64,000 bases of DNA from assembly GCA_034436775.1 (NCBI GenBank), contig DAOTVI010000082.1, positions 2,753-66,752 on the forward strand, given 5' to 3'. The stretch comes from Anaerolineae bacterium. Its GTDB lineage: Bacteria; Chloroflexota; Anaerolineae; 4572-78; NAK82. Each line of letters opens with the position of its first letter. The first letter of the stretch is position 1. Shown here piece by piece: positions 39,969 through 49,140 of this stretch. The position numbers and the translations under genes were made by a program. Below the pieces are notes generated by a model. The model did no database searches, was not told the DNA's origin, and saw only the letters and a program-made list of their open reading frames with translations.

Positions 39969-41006
39969 TTACGGCGTCAACACCACCTTGGCTGTGGCCT
40001 GTTGGGAATCGGCCAGCGTGCGAAATGCCTTCTCGAAGTCATCCAGTGAGAAGGTGTGGCTGCGCAACACATCCGCGTCGATCGCGCGCCGTGCCAGCAG
40101 ATCCAGCGCAATGGGGAAATAGTGATTGGGAATGGCGTGCGAGGCGCGCAGCTGCAGCTTCTTGAAGTGAAAAGCGTTGACGTCGAAGGTCACCGCCGCG
40201 CCCGCGCCGAACTCGATGCCGATGAGCCCGATGATGCCGCCGAAACAGGCAATCTCGAACGCCAGAGGCAATGTGCGCGGCGGCGCCGTCACCAAGACGC
40301 GCTGCACCCCCTGGGGGACTGCTCCCTTGATCGCCGCGACGACGTCGTCTTCCGCCTGGCTGAGCACCACATCGGCGCCCATCTGCAGGCCCAGCTGCAG
40401 GCGATATTGACCACGCGGTGTGGAACGGGTGGAGCCCACCAGGAAGACGCGCCGCGCACCGCGCAACTTGGCCAGCCGGGTGACCATCAGCCCGATCGGA
40501 CCGGGGCCGAAGACCACCACCTCATCGTTCAAATCGGGGTCGGCGCGCTGCAACAAGTCCAACGCCACGGTCAGCGGCTCGGCCAAAGCGGCTTGTTGCG
40601 GTGTCAATGCCTGCGCGTCGTAGGACTGCACCATGTCCTGACGCACGCGCAGGTAGTCGGCAAAGCCGGCGCGGTCCTCCATGTAACTGGTCAGGTTCTG
40701 GCAGTATAGGGAGCGGCCATTCTTACAGGGCGCGCACACGCCACATGCCGTGTGATTCTCCACGATGACCGTATCGCCCTCGCGCCAGCGTTCCACCCGG
40801 GCGCCGGTTGCGGCAATAACCCCGACGACCTCATGGCCCAACGGCGTCCATTCCGCATTGTGGCGCAGGAAGTGCAGGTCAGTGCCGCAGATGCCGCATG
40901 CCGTCACACGCACCAGCACCTCGTCCGATGCTGGGTCGGGGACAGGGAGTTCCCGCAGCTCGAACTGAAAAGGTGCTTTGCCCCACAAGGAACGCATAGT
41001 CTTCAT
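39969..41006 (-). CDS. zinc-dependent alcohol/polyol dehydrogenase (MDR family)
   Basis: CGICGTD, LGHE, CGVCAPC...C, GPGPIG; start reassigned to MKTMR at 41006. Confidence 0.9.
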   Translation of the reverse strand: MKTMRSLWGKAPFQFELRELPVPDPASDEVLVRVTACGICGTDLHFLRHNAEWTPLGHEVVGVIAATGARVERWREGDTVIVENHTACGVCAPCKNGRSLYCQNLTSYMEDRAGFADYLRVRQDMVQSYDAQALTPQQAALAEPLTVALDLLQRADPDLNDEVVVFGPGPIGLMVTRLAKLRGARRVFLVGSTRSTPRGQYRLQLGLQMGADVVLSQAEDDVVAAIKGAVPQGVQRVLVTAPPRTLPLAFEIACFGGIIGLIGIEFGAGAAVTFDVNAFHFKKLQLRASHAIPNHYFPIALDLLARRAIDADVLRSHTFSLDDFEKAFRTLADSQQATAKVVLTP

Positions 41007-41050
41007 CGGCGACTGTCTCCTCGGTCTTGTGCAGTTTCGGATGTGTGGCT

Positions 41051-42103
41051 TCAGCCCTTGATCGCGCCGACCAACAACCCGCGCGCAATATAGCGCTCTA
41101 GTGCAATCGCGATGGCGATGACGGGCACGATCATGATCAGGATCAGCACGGACATATACCACCACTGTGGCCCACGGGTGGCGTTTTGCGCCGCGACGGT
41201 GAGCGGCAGGGTCTGCGACTTGGCGCCGGAGAGGAAGAGTGCCAGCAGATACTCATTCCAGGCAAATACCAGCACGAACAGGAAGGTGGCCACCAGGCCG
41301 GGCACCGCAAGCGGCAGCACAATTGACCAGAAAATGCGATAGCGCGAGGCGCCATCAATGGCCGCGCACTCCTCCAGCTCGATAGGAATGGTCTGGAAGT
41401 AATCGCGCATCAGCCAGACCACGATGGGCAGGTTGACCGCCAGATAGGTGATGATCAACGCGGCATGGGTGTCCAACAGCCCCAGACGCTGGAAGAGCAC
41501 ATAGATAGGGATCACCACAGCGACGGGCGGCAATATGCGCTGGGAGATAAGCCAGAAGGCAATGTCGCTGTTTTTGAGCGAACGCTTAAAGCGGCGTGCC
41601 ACCGTCTGGAGCATAATGATAAACAGGGCCACACCGGCCGGGATGGCAATCTGCCAGGGCGCGCCAAGGGTGATCGCGGCGACGACGATGACGAGCGCAG
41701 CGAGAAAAGAGAGGATCACCCCCAGGCGCGGCCGATACTCAAAGCGGGTCAAACCGTAGGCAGCCGCGGTACCCAGCAAGAGCGCTAAGCTGGCACTGGT
41801 CGGCGCCACTACCACGGTGTTGAAGTAGTTGCGCCGCGTGTCGTTGGCCAGGTCACCCACCAAGATGTACTCCCAAGCGTGCAACGAGGGCTGGAAATCA
41901 ACAAACGGCAGGTAAAAGGGCCCCATATTGACGTCGATGGGCAACTTGAACGAGGTGACAAGCAACCAATAAAGCGGAAAGAGCACCACCCCTGTCCAGA
42001 TGATCAGGATCAGATAGGAGATGGCCATCTCGATGAACGACAAAGCGACCGGGGAACGGCGGCGGAAGATATTTCGGATCACCATATTCTCACACCTCCA
42101 CAA
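41051..42103 (-). CDS. carbohydrate ABC transporter permease (MalG-like)
   Basis: EAA loop ELEECAAIDGASR, FAWNEYL. Confidence 0.9.
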   Translation of the reverse strand: MWRCENMVIRNIFRRRSPVALSFIEMAISYLILIIWTGVVLFPLYWLLVTSFKLPIDVNMGPFYLPFVDFQPSLHAWEYILVGDLANDTRRNYFNTVVVAPTSASLALLLGTAAAYGLTRFEYRPRLGVILSFLAALVIVVAAITLGAPWQIAIPAGVALFIIMLQTVARRFKRSLKNSDIAFWLISQRILPPVAVVIPIYVLFQRLGLLDTHAALIITYLAVNLPIVVWLMRDYFQTIPIELEECAAIDGASRYRIFWSIVLPLAVPGLVATFLFVLVFAWNEYLLALFLSGAKSQTLPLTVAAQNATRGPQWWYMSVLILIMIVPVIAIAIALERYIARGLLVGAIKG

Positions 42104-43256
42104 CCCGACGGCGGAGGATATTCACATAGCTCATGCTGAGGAAGGTGACCAGGAACAAGAGCATATATGCGATCGCAGCGGAGCCTCCCAAATCCAACGT
42201 GCGCCAGGCGATGAAGGCATGTAGAGTCACTGACTCGGTGGCAGTGCCGGGTCCGCCGTTCGTGAGCACGTTGGGCAGGTCCACAATCTTGAACGCCTCG
42301 ATCATACGGATGAGGATCAGTGTCGTGCTGACCGGTAGAATCTGGGGCAAGGTGATGTGCCAGAAGACCTGCCAGCGGTTTGCCCCATCAACCAAAGCCG
42401 CTTCCATCAGCTCCACCGACTGGCCTTCCAGGGCAGCGAGCAGCACGATGAACATGAAGGGTGTCCACTGCCAAATATCACTGATGATGACCGCGGCACG
42501 TGCACCCCACGGATCGTTGACCCAGGAATACATTCCCAGCCCCAATGCCTGCCAGATAGGCTGGAACGGTCCCTTATCGGTATCGGTCATCATGCGGAAG
42601 GTGTAGGCGATGCCCACCGGGGTGATCATCATCGGCAACAGAAAGACAACGCGAAAGAAGCGCCGCGCGGGCAGGCGTTGTGTGGTCAACACGGCCAGCA
42701 ACAGTCCCAAGGCATATTGCACCGCGATACCGATGAAGACATAGAGCAAGGTGACCACCACGGTGCCGGGTCTTCCTCCCGGGCTGAGCGTGTGCGCGAG
42801 CAACCAGGCGAGCAAACTGAGCAACACCACGGTCAGCACCCGCCCGATCAAGCTGACAACCCCATATCCGCCGGCGCGAATGTAGCGCACCAGCCTCCAA
42901 ATCAGGAAAGCTACCACTCCCAGGAAGAAAACCCAACCGAAGGGTGACGGACTGGCGATGACACCTACGAAATGATCTTGTTCGCTGCCGAACAATAGCT
43001 TGTGGTAGTTCGCCAGTCCGACGAAGTTGATCTCGAACCCCCCTTTGATAAATTTGAGGCGGGACAAGGAAAGCGACAGAGAAAGGAACAATGGGAAGAT
43101 GGATAAGAACAGCACCACCAACACAGCCGGCAGAATGAATACGTTGCCCGCCCAACGTTCAATGCGCGACCCCATGGGGCGCGCCGTAACAGTTGGGGTT
43201 TCAACTCCAAGTCCTGCCTCCGCTAAAGCGGACCGTGAAACACGTTCTGTCGTCAT
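42090..43256 (-). CDS. carbohydrate ABC transporter permease (MalF-like)
   Basis: WQWTPF, ELMEAALVDGA, NGGPGTAT. Confidence 0.9.
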   Translation of the reverse strand: MTTERVSRSALAEAGLGVETPTVTARPMGSRIERWAGNVFILPAVLVVLFLSIFPLFLSLSLSLSRLKFIKGGFEINFVGLANYHKLLFGSEQDHFVGVIASPSPFGWVFFLGVVAFLIWRLVRYIRAGGYGVVSLIGRVLTVVLLSLLAWLLAHTLSPGGRPGTVVVTLLYVFIGIAVQYALGLLLAVLTTQRLPARRFFRVVFLLPMMITPVGIAYTFRMMTDTDKGPFQPIWQALGLGMYSWVNDPWGARAAVIISDIWQWTPFMFIVLLAALEGQSVELMEAALVDGANRWQVFWHITLPQILPVSTTLILIRMIEAFKIVDLPNVLTNGGPGTATESVTLHAFIAWRTLDLGGSAAIAYMLLFLVTFLSMSYVNILRRRVVEV

Positions 43257-43284
43257 ATACCCGTCTCACAATACATCCAAAAGT

Positions 43285-43317
43285 GTCTCAAGGTCCGGGT
43301 ACACCGGACCTTGAGAC
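43285..43317. other. intercistronic stem-loop after the solute-binding protein gene
   Basis: GTCTCAAGGTCCGG-GTACA-CCGGACCTTGAGAC perfect 14-bp inverted repeat. Confidence 0.75.
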
Positions 43318-43350
43318 GTCCGAAAACCCTTCCATCCAGCGGCAAAGCAA

Positions 43351-44865
43351 CTATTTGGTGATGCCCAACGTGCCGCGATAGGCCTCCAGCTGTTGCTCAC
43401 GGCCCAGCTCCTCGGTGATCTCCTCCCAGCCGTCATAGATCTGCTTCATGCACTGCTCTTTGGTGATCTCGCCCGAGAGGAACTGGCTCACTGCCTTGTC
43501 GAGCACCACCTGCTGATAGCGCTGGTTCTGCGGGATGCGCAGGTCCAGGATCATGTTGGGGCTGTTGAGGCTGTCCTCGATGGCGCCCAGGTAGTCACTG
43601 GCCGCCTTGGGGCTCATACCCGCCTTCACCCACAGCTCGCGGTTGAGGAACTGCGAGATGCGGTAGGGGTTGTATCCGGTCTTGCCGATCGTCACGTCAA
43701 CGTTCGCCTGTGCCGGCTGCGACATATAGGAGAAGAAGGCATAGGCTGCATCCTTCACCTTGGGCTTGGCAGCAGCGTTGATCCCGCCCGACCAACCACC
43801 GAAAGCAGCGTACGGCGCATGGTTCACACCGTCGATCGCATAGGGACAGATCTTCTCATCACACGGCACCAGCTTGCCCGTCTTGCGATCGAGCACTTTG
43901 GTGGAGCCCGGCAAGATCACCGAGCCGACCTTATCCTGTACCACCGAGGTCTGTGGGTCAATGGCCAAGGTGCCGATATCACCCCAGTCCATGGAAAGTG
44001 CACAGCGACCCGAGGTGAAGAGACTGCGCGTATCGCCTACGTCCAGGTTCAGCTCGTCAGGCGGCCCGTACTTGGTCGTCTCATTGTAGATGTCCAGCGC
44101 GGCAGCAAACGCCTCGTTGTCCACCAGGGGTTTCATCGTCTCGGTATCGAAGAAGGCGCCCTGGCTGGTGCCCAAGCTCTGGATGAAGCCACCTGCGATG
44201 GAGAAGATGAACCAGTACGCCTGAGCGCCGCGCTTCTTGGAGATACACGAGCCATAATCCGGGTCACCGTCGCCGTTGAGGTCTTTGCCATGGAAGGCCT
44301 TGGCGATCGCCAGATAGTCATCCCAGGTGGCAGGCGGCTTCATCCCCTCCTTCTCCAACAGGTCCTTGCGATAGTAAACCATGTGGAAGTCGCCATCCAA
44401 GGGGATGGTGTAAATGCGGCCGGCGTAGGTGGCGCTGAACTCGCGGAAGAAGGGGGCGATGTCCTCCCACTGGATGTCCTTGTCGTTCTGCACACGCTCC
44501 GTCAAGTCCTCCAGATAGCCCGGAATGATGTAGTCCACCATCCACTGTGGCGCAAAGACAAACGCGTCGAAGCTGTTGGTACCAGTGGCCATATCGGTCA
44601 GGATCTTCTGATACAGGTCGCTGAAGGGCACTACAATCACGTTGATCTTGGCACCGGTAAGGGCGGTGAAGTCGGGGCCACGGCGCTGCAAGGGCTCGGC
44701 GATCTGGGGACCGGTGAAGGTAAGGATGTTGACTTCGATGCCTTCAAATGGCTTTTCTTGGGATGCTGTGGTCTCAGGGCCGCTGGCCATCACAGTTGCG
44801 ACCGGTGCCATCAGAATGGCACATACCGTGAGCAACACAAGGGCGACAAACCATCGGATTCTCAT
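43351..44865 (-). CDS. sugar ABC transporter extracellular solute-binding protein
   Basis: Signal peptide, YTIPLDGDFHMVYYRKDLL, FTSGRCAL, AFGGWSGGIN; strong SD AAGGAGG. Confidence 0.9.
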   Translation of the reverse strand: MRIRWFVALVLLTVCAILMAPVATVMASGPETTASQEKPFEGIEVNILTFTGPQIAEPLQRRGPDFTALTGAKINVIVVPFSDLYQKILTDMATGTNSFDAFVFAPQWMVDYIIPGYLEDLTERVQNDKDIQWEDIAPFFREFSATYAGRIYTIPLDGDFHMVYYRKDLLEKEGMKPPATWDDYLAIAKAFHGKDLNGDGDPDYGSCISKKRGAQAYWFIFSIAGGFIQSLGTSQGAFFDTETMKPLVDNEAFAAALDIYNETTKYGPPDELNLDVGDTRSLFTSGRCALSMDWGDIGTLAIDPQTSVVQDKVGSVILPGSTKVLDRKTGKLVPCDEKICPYAIDGVNHAPYAAFGGWSGGINAAAKPKVKDAAYAFFSYMSQPAQANVDVTIGKTGYNPYRISQFLNRELWVKAGMSPKAASDYLGAIEDSLNSPNMILDLRIPQNQRYQQVVLDKAVSQFLSGEITKEQCMKQIYDGWEEITEELGREQQLEAYRGTLGITK

Positions 44866-45395
44866 AGCGCTCTCCTCCTTTTAGTAGTTAAGGTGTTTAC
44901 GTGCCGAATCCCGATGCTATTCCACACGAATAGCAAGCCTATTCCGTTGCAAACCCTCGCGACTCACTCCGAACGTCACCCTGTTAATCACCCACCGTCA
45001 CTTGGCATTGAGACAAATAGCATTGCTCTGGCTAAGCCTCATCACCTCCTTTCGGACAATCCATGCGCAGTCGCCAAACAGTGAAAACGGGGGATTGACG
45101 TGGGCAATCGTGTTGTGGATGTTTAAAATTAGTGCGTCTACGACGGCAATCTTTCCACCGCAGCGTGATATCAACATCACCACACCGCACCCGTGCAATT
45201 GACATCTACCTGGCATCTTATCCCACAGCGACCTGCCGTTTGCCCAGGTGTGTACTTTTTATGGTATCGATATCATAATCCCTTTTTATAATACATCAGA
45301 ATTGGGCAGGAGTCAATAGCTGACAAACCCCAATTTTGAGTGGACGGGCATAAATGCGACATGTCCTTTCTCCTCGCACCGATGAGCGGCTAAAG

Positions 45396-45437
45396 GGCTT
45401 TTTCAACACCCTCGATGATGAGGGTGTTGAAAAAGCC
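45396..45437. repeat. perfect 18-bp inverted repeat formed by an orphan element end abutting MITE copy 2
   Basis: GGCTTTTTCAACACCCTC-GATGAT-GAGGGTGTTGAAAAAGCC. Confidence 0.85.
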
Positions 45438-45509
45438 TCTCGATTTATCAGATTTTCGTAGAAAAATGGGCCGATAAAGCGGTTAACTAAAAAGTTTTTC
45501 AACACCCTC
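45420..45509. mobile_element. 90-bp MITE-like element, copy 2
   Basis: Perfect 15-bp TIR gagggtgttgaaaaa / tttttcaacaccctc; same length as, and colinear with, 34476-34565. Confidence 0.7.
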
Positions 45510-45522
45510 GCATCATCCAGAT

Positions 45523-45552
45523 TTGACTACCCGACAACGCTCTGAGTATAAT
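45523..45552 (+). promoter_or_regulatory. sigma70-type promoter for the rpmH operon
   Basis: TTGACT-18 bp-TATAAT. Confidence 0.65.
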
Positions 45553-45679
45553 TATCTAACGTGACATTCCCGGACACATTCACCTCCGACGGGCAGTGTC
45601 TTGCTGCTTGTCGGTACTCTTCTGTTGAATGGCGGGAGATGAGAAACATAAGATTCGGAGACAGGGGTGATCATCCTCT

Positions 45680-45856
45680 ATGCCTAAGCGCACTTATCAA
45701 CCTAAGAAGCGTCATCGAGCGCGTGTCCATGGTTTTCGGGCCCGGATGCGCACCCAAGGGGGGCGTAGGGTGCTCAAGGCTCGACGTTTAAAGGGGCGTT
45801 ATCAGTTGACCCCACAACCGCGCCATCCCAAACGGATCAATTGGAACGCTGGTTAG
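45680..45856 (+). CDS. rpmH: 50S ribosomal protein L34 (absent from the ORF track)
   Basis: [43 protein letters not shown] plus a C-terminal tail; 58 aa. Confidence 0.97.
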   Translation: MPKRTYQPKKRHRARVHGFRARMRTQGGRRVLKARRLKGRYQLTPQPRHPKRINWNAG

Positions 45857-45901
45857 GTGGCGCCCGGAAGCGGTTAGCGCGGCCGGGACGCTGTTGGAGG
45901 G

Positions 45902-46264
45902 ATGAAGCGCAAGTATCGCTTGCGAAATCGGGCTGATTTCCAGCGCACCCGGCAAGAGGGGAAATGTTGGGGGCATCGTTTGGTCGTGCTCTGTGCATTG
46001 CGCAACAATTTAGCATACAGCCGCTTCGGTTTCGCGGCTAGCCGGCGCATCGGCAAGGCGGTCGTGCGCAATCGAGCACGCCGCCGTATGCGTGAGATCA
46101 TTCGGGTGAATATGCCCGCCATCGCGCCGGGATGGGATGTCGTCTTGATCGCACGTCCGGCCTTGTTGCAAGCCACTCACAGCGAGCTGACAGATGCCAT
46201 ATGTGCGTTGTTGCAACGGGCCGGTTTGTGGGTTGCGCAGACCCACGTGCTGCCGATAGGATGA
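45902..46264 (+). CDS. rnpA: ribonuclease P protein component
   Basis: [29 protein letters not shown]. Confidence 0.95.
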   Translation: MKRKYRLRNRADFQRTRQEGKCWGHRLVVLCALRNNLAYSRFGFAASRRIGKAVVRNRARRRMREIIRVNMPAIAPGWDVVLIARPALLQATHSELTDAICALLQRAGLWVAQTHVLPIG

Positions 46265-46277
46265 GGGTGGTTCGCGC

Positions 46278-46508
46278 GTGAAGTACATCGTCCTGGCATT
46301 AATCCGTTTCTATCAGCGCTTTATCTCCCCCGGCCTGCCCCCTTCCTGTCGATTCGAGCCGAGCTGCTCCCAGTATGGATATCAGGCGATCGAACGCTAT
46401 GGGGTGCTGCTGGGTGGTTGGCTGGCACTTAAGCGCATCGCACGCTGTCATCCCTTTCACCCCGGAGGGTATGATCCCGTGCCGGATCTGCCGGGGCGAT
46501 CGCGATGA
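46278..46508 (+). CDS. yidD: membrane protein insertion efficiency factor
   Basis: YQRFISP...[10 protein letters not shown]...[14 protein letters not shown]. Confidence 0.95.
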   Translation: MKYIVLALIRFYQRFISPGLPPSCRFEPSCSQYGYQAIERYGVLLGGWLALKRIARCHPFHPGGYDPVPDLPGRSR

Positions 46509-46578
46509 TGGACTGGCCAAGGCATTGGGCGAATTGTTTGGAATGATCTGCTGTTTGGAATCGGGAGGTTTTTGAGCT

Positions 46579-47430
46579 ATGTGGGATGCCTTTGTCGGGC
46601 TGATTGCAGATGCCCTCACATTAAATAATGAGTTTTTGAGGAGCATCGGCGTCCCCTATTCGTTTGGTTTTGCGATCATCCTGTTCACGCTGATCATTAA
46701 AGTGTTGACTCTTCCGCTCACTTTTAAGCAGCTTCAGGCAGCCCGCAAGATGCAGGAGCTGCAGCCGGAGATCCAGAAGCTGCAGAAAAAATACAAGGAC
46801 GACCGCGAAAAGCTTTCCAAAGCCCAGATGGAGCTCTACAAAGAAGCTGGGGTCAATCCACTGGGTGGTTGCCTGCCGACGTTGGTCCAAATGCCCATTT
46901 GGTTTGCCCTGTACCAGGCTCTGTTTCAGTTAGCTTCGGAGGGCAACCTCAAGGAAGGATTTTTCTGGATTCCCAGCCTGGCCGAGCCCCACGACATGAG
47001 CTGGATTTGGCCATTGCCTCAGACTCCCGAGGGCTGGTTACACGCTGCGGCTTTGCTGGTGCTGCCGATTCTCACGGTGGTCACCCAGATCATTGTGCAA
47101 AAGATGTCAACACCCCAGAGCTCGGACTCCCAGCAGGCGATGATGAGTCAGATGATGATGTTCATGCCGATTATGTTTGGCTTTTTCGCTTTGCAGGTGC
47201 CGCAGGGCTTGGTGCTGTATTGGGTGACCTCTAACGTTTTCACGTTGGTGCAGCAATACTTTATCAACAAACAGAGCGAAGCTGCTAAAGCCAAGAAAGA
47301 GGGGAACGCTCCCACAACGCTTGGCATAGAGGAAGCGACCGCCGCTGTGGCCACACCCGGCACGGACGTGGTGAAGAAAACAGAGTTGGCGAAGAGAGCT
47401 AGGGATGGCAAACGCAAGAGCAAGCGTTGA
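46579..47430 (+). CDS. yidC: YidC/Oxa1 membrane protein insertase (short form)
   Basis: KMQELQPEI, LYKEAGVNPLGGCLP, LYWVTSN. Confidence 0.95.
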   Translation: MWDAFVGLIADALTLNNEFLRSIGVPYSFGFAIILFTLIIKVLTLPLTFKQLQAARKMQELQPEIQKLQKKYKDDREKLSKAQMELYKEAGVNPLGGCLPTLVQMPIWFALYQALFQLASEGNLKEGFFWIPSLAEPHDMSWIWPLPQTPEGWLHAAALLVLPILTVVTQIIVQKMSTPQSSDSQQAMMSQMMMFMPIMFGFFALQVPQGLVLYWVTSNVFTLVQQYFINKQSEAAKAKKEGNAPTTLGIEEATAAVATPGTDVVKKTELAKRARDGKRKSKR

Positions 47431-48154
47431 GATCACAGCCAGGACAGTTGAGGAAGCGATCGAACGAGGGCTTGCCCAGCTAGGCGCCTCGCGTGAGGAA
47501 GTGGAAATTGAGGTGCTCCACCCCGGACGCAGTGGGGTGTTCGGGCTGGGCGCCCAGGATGCAAGCGTGCGGCTGACGCGCGTCGTCGCGTCTCACTCTG
47601 AGAGCCAGGCAGCCATCGAGCAGGTCACCGAGCGCCTTCCCGGCGAAGAGGCGGCAGAATTGCCGCTCCATCCGGACTGGCCCCCTGAAACGGTGGCACT
47701 GGCGGTGGGTCTGCTGCAGGGCTTGATCGACCGCATGGGCATCAAGGGGAAAGTGCTCGCGCGGGTCAGCGATGAATTCTCAGACGAAGAGGGCGTACAA
47801 ACCTTAGTGTTGAACGTGACCGGCAAGGACCTGGGCATCCTGATCGGACGTCAGGCGGAGACCTTACAAGCGCTCCAATACATCGTGCGGCTGATGCTCA
47901 GCAAACGCCTCACCCGCTGGGAACCTGTGGTGGTCGATGTGGAATCCTACCGGGTACGACGGCAACGTGCATTGCAGCGTCTGGCTTTGCGGATGGCGGA
48001 GCGTGCTGTGTCCACCCGGCGCCGCGTCATCTTGGAAGCGATGCCGGCAAACGAGCGTCGCATCATCCATCTCGCCTTGCGAGAACATCCGGGCGTTATC
48101 ACCCGAAGTGTCGGCGAGGGTGATCGCCGCAAGGTCACCATCATCCCCAAATAA
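47405..48154 (+). CDS. jag: Jag/KhpB (EloR) RNA-binding protein: Jag-N, KH, R3H
   Basis: ARTVEEAI, LIGRQAETLQALQ, ERRIIHLAL. Confidence 0.92.
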   Translation: MANARASVEITARTVEEAIERGLAQLGASREEVEIEVLHPGRSGVFGLGAQDASVRLTRVVASHSESQAAIEQVTERLPGEEAAELPLHPDWPPETVALAVGLLQGLIDRMGIKGKVLARVSDEFSDEEGVQTLVLNVTGKDLGILIGRQAETLQALQYIVRLMLSKRLTRWEPVVVDVESYRVRRQRALQRLALRMAERAVSTRRRVILEAMPANERRIIHLALREHPGVITRSVGEGDRRKVTIIPK

Positions 48155-48246
48155 CGTTTCGTCCTGAGCGGACGCGTCCGAGCATATGCTCGGCTCGATA
48201 ATTGGGAGAAAAGTATCCCGAGACTCGGCCTGACACTTTTCCGCTG

Positions 48247-49119
48247 ATGAATGAGATCACGTTTGTTCCCGATTACTTGGTCATCGGAGCGATTACCCGG
48301 GATGTCATCCCGGGTGGTTTCACTCTGGGGGGCACGGTCACCTATGGCGCCATTACAGCCAGCCGGCTGGGCAAGCGGGCTGCGATTGTGACCAGCGCAG
48401 CACCCGATTTGGTACTGCCGGAAAATTTTAGAGATATCCCGTGTATCATCGTTCCCTCCGAGCAGACCACCACATTTCGTAATGTCTATGTGAACGGTAT
48501 GCGCCAGCAATACGTCGAGGCGTTGGCCCATCCGATCGATGCGCACCACATACCGCCCGCTTGGTATGCGGCACCCCTTGTGCACCTGGGCCCTTTAGTC
48601 GGTGAGCTGGATGAAACGATGGTGCACCTCTTCCCTCATTCGCTCGTCATCGCTACTCCACAAGGCTGGTTTCGTTCATGGGATGAAAGGGGACATGTCA
48701 CGTTGGGGTGTTGGCCTCGCGCCGAGTTGCTGTTACCCCACCTGACTGCCCTGATCTTGAGCGACGAAGATATACGCGGCGATCCGGGCTGCATTGAGCG
48801 CTTCGCCGGGATGACGCGCACGTTGGTCGTCACCCATGGCGCTCGCGGCGCCACGGTGTATCACCGCGGCGAGAAATGCCATCTACCCACACGTCCGGCG
48901 CGTGAAATTGATCCTACTGGAGCCGGTGACGTGTTTGCGGCTGCCTTTGTGGTGCGTCTGCACGAAATCCTTTTGGAGCGCGGAGTGGAAGACCCGTGGG
49001 AAGCTGCACGCTTCGCCAATGTAGTGGCATCTTTTTCGGTCGAGGGGATGAGTTACTCAGCCATCCCCCAACGCACCCAAGTTGAAACCTATCTTGCCAG
49101 TCTGGCGCCAGTGCCCTGA
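48247..49119 (+). CDS. PfkB family carbohydrate kinase
   Basis: GGTVTYG, DPTGAGDVFAAAF; start 48247 or 48202. Confidence 0.88.
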   Translation: MNEITFVPDYLVIGAITRDVIPGGFTLGGTVTYGAITASRLGKRAAIVTSAAPDLVLPENFRDIPCIIVPSEQTTTFRNVYVNGMRQQYVEALAHPIDAHHIPPAWYAAPLVHLGPLVGELDETMVHLFPHSLVIATPQGWFRSWDERGHVTLGCWPRAELLLPHLTALILSDEDIRGDPGCIERFAGMTRTLVVTHGARGATVYHRGEKCHLPTRPAREIDPTGAGDVFAAAFVVRLHEILLERGVEDPWEAARFANVVASFSVEGMSYSAIPQRTQVETYLASLAPVP

Positions 49120-49140
49120 GCGGGAAAGAGGATCGGCGGA

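Noticed and set aside
43393-45084. 563-aa plus-strand ORF (and similar long shadows at 1090-2091, 17453-18577, 60029-61249)
   Set aside because: Antisense to well-supported genes; expected from high GC3 codon bias
44870-45680. Possible oriC upstream of rpmH
   Set aside because: No dnaA here and no perfect TTATCCACA boxes; only near-matches such as ttatcccaca
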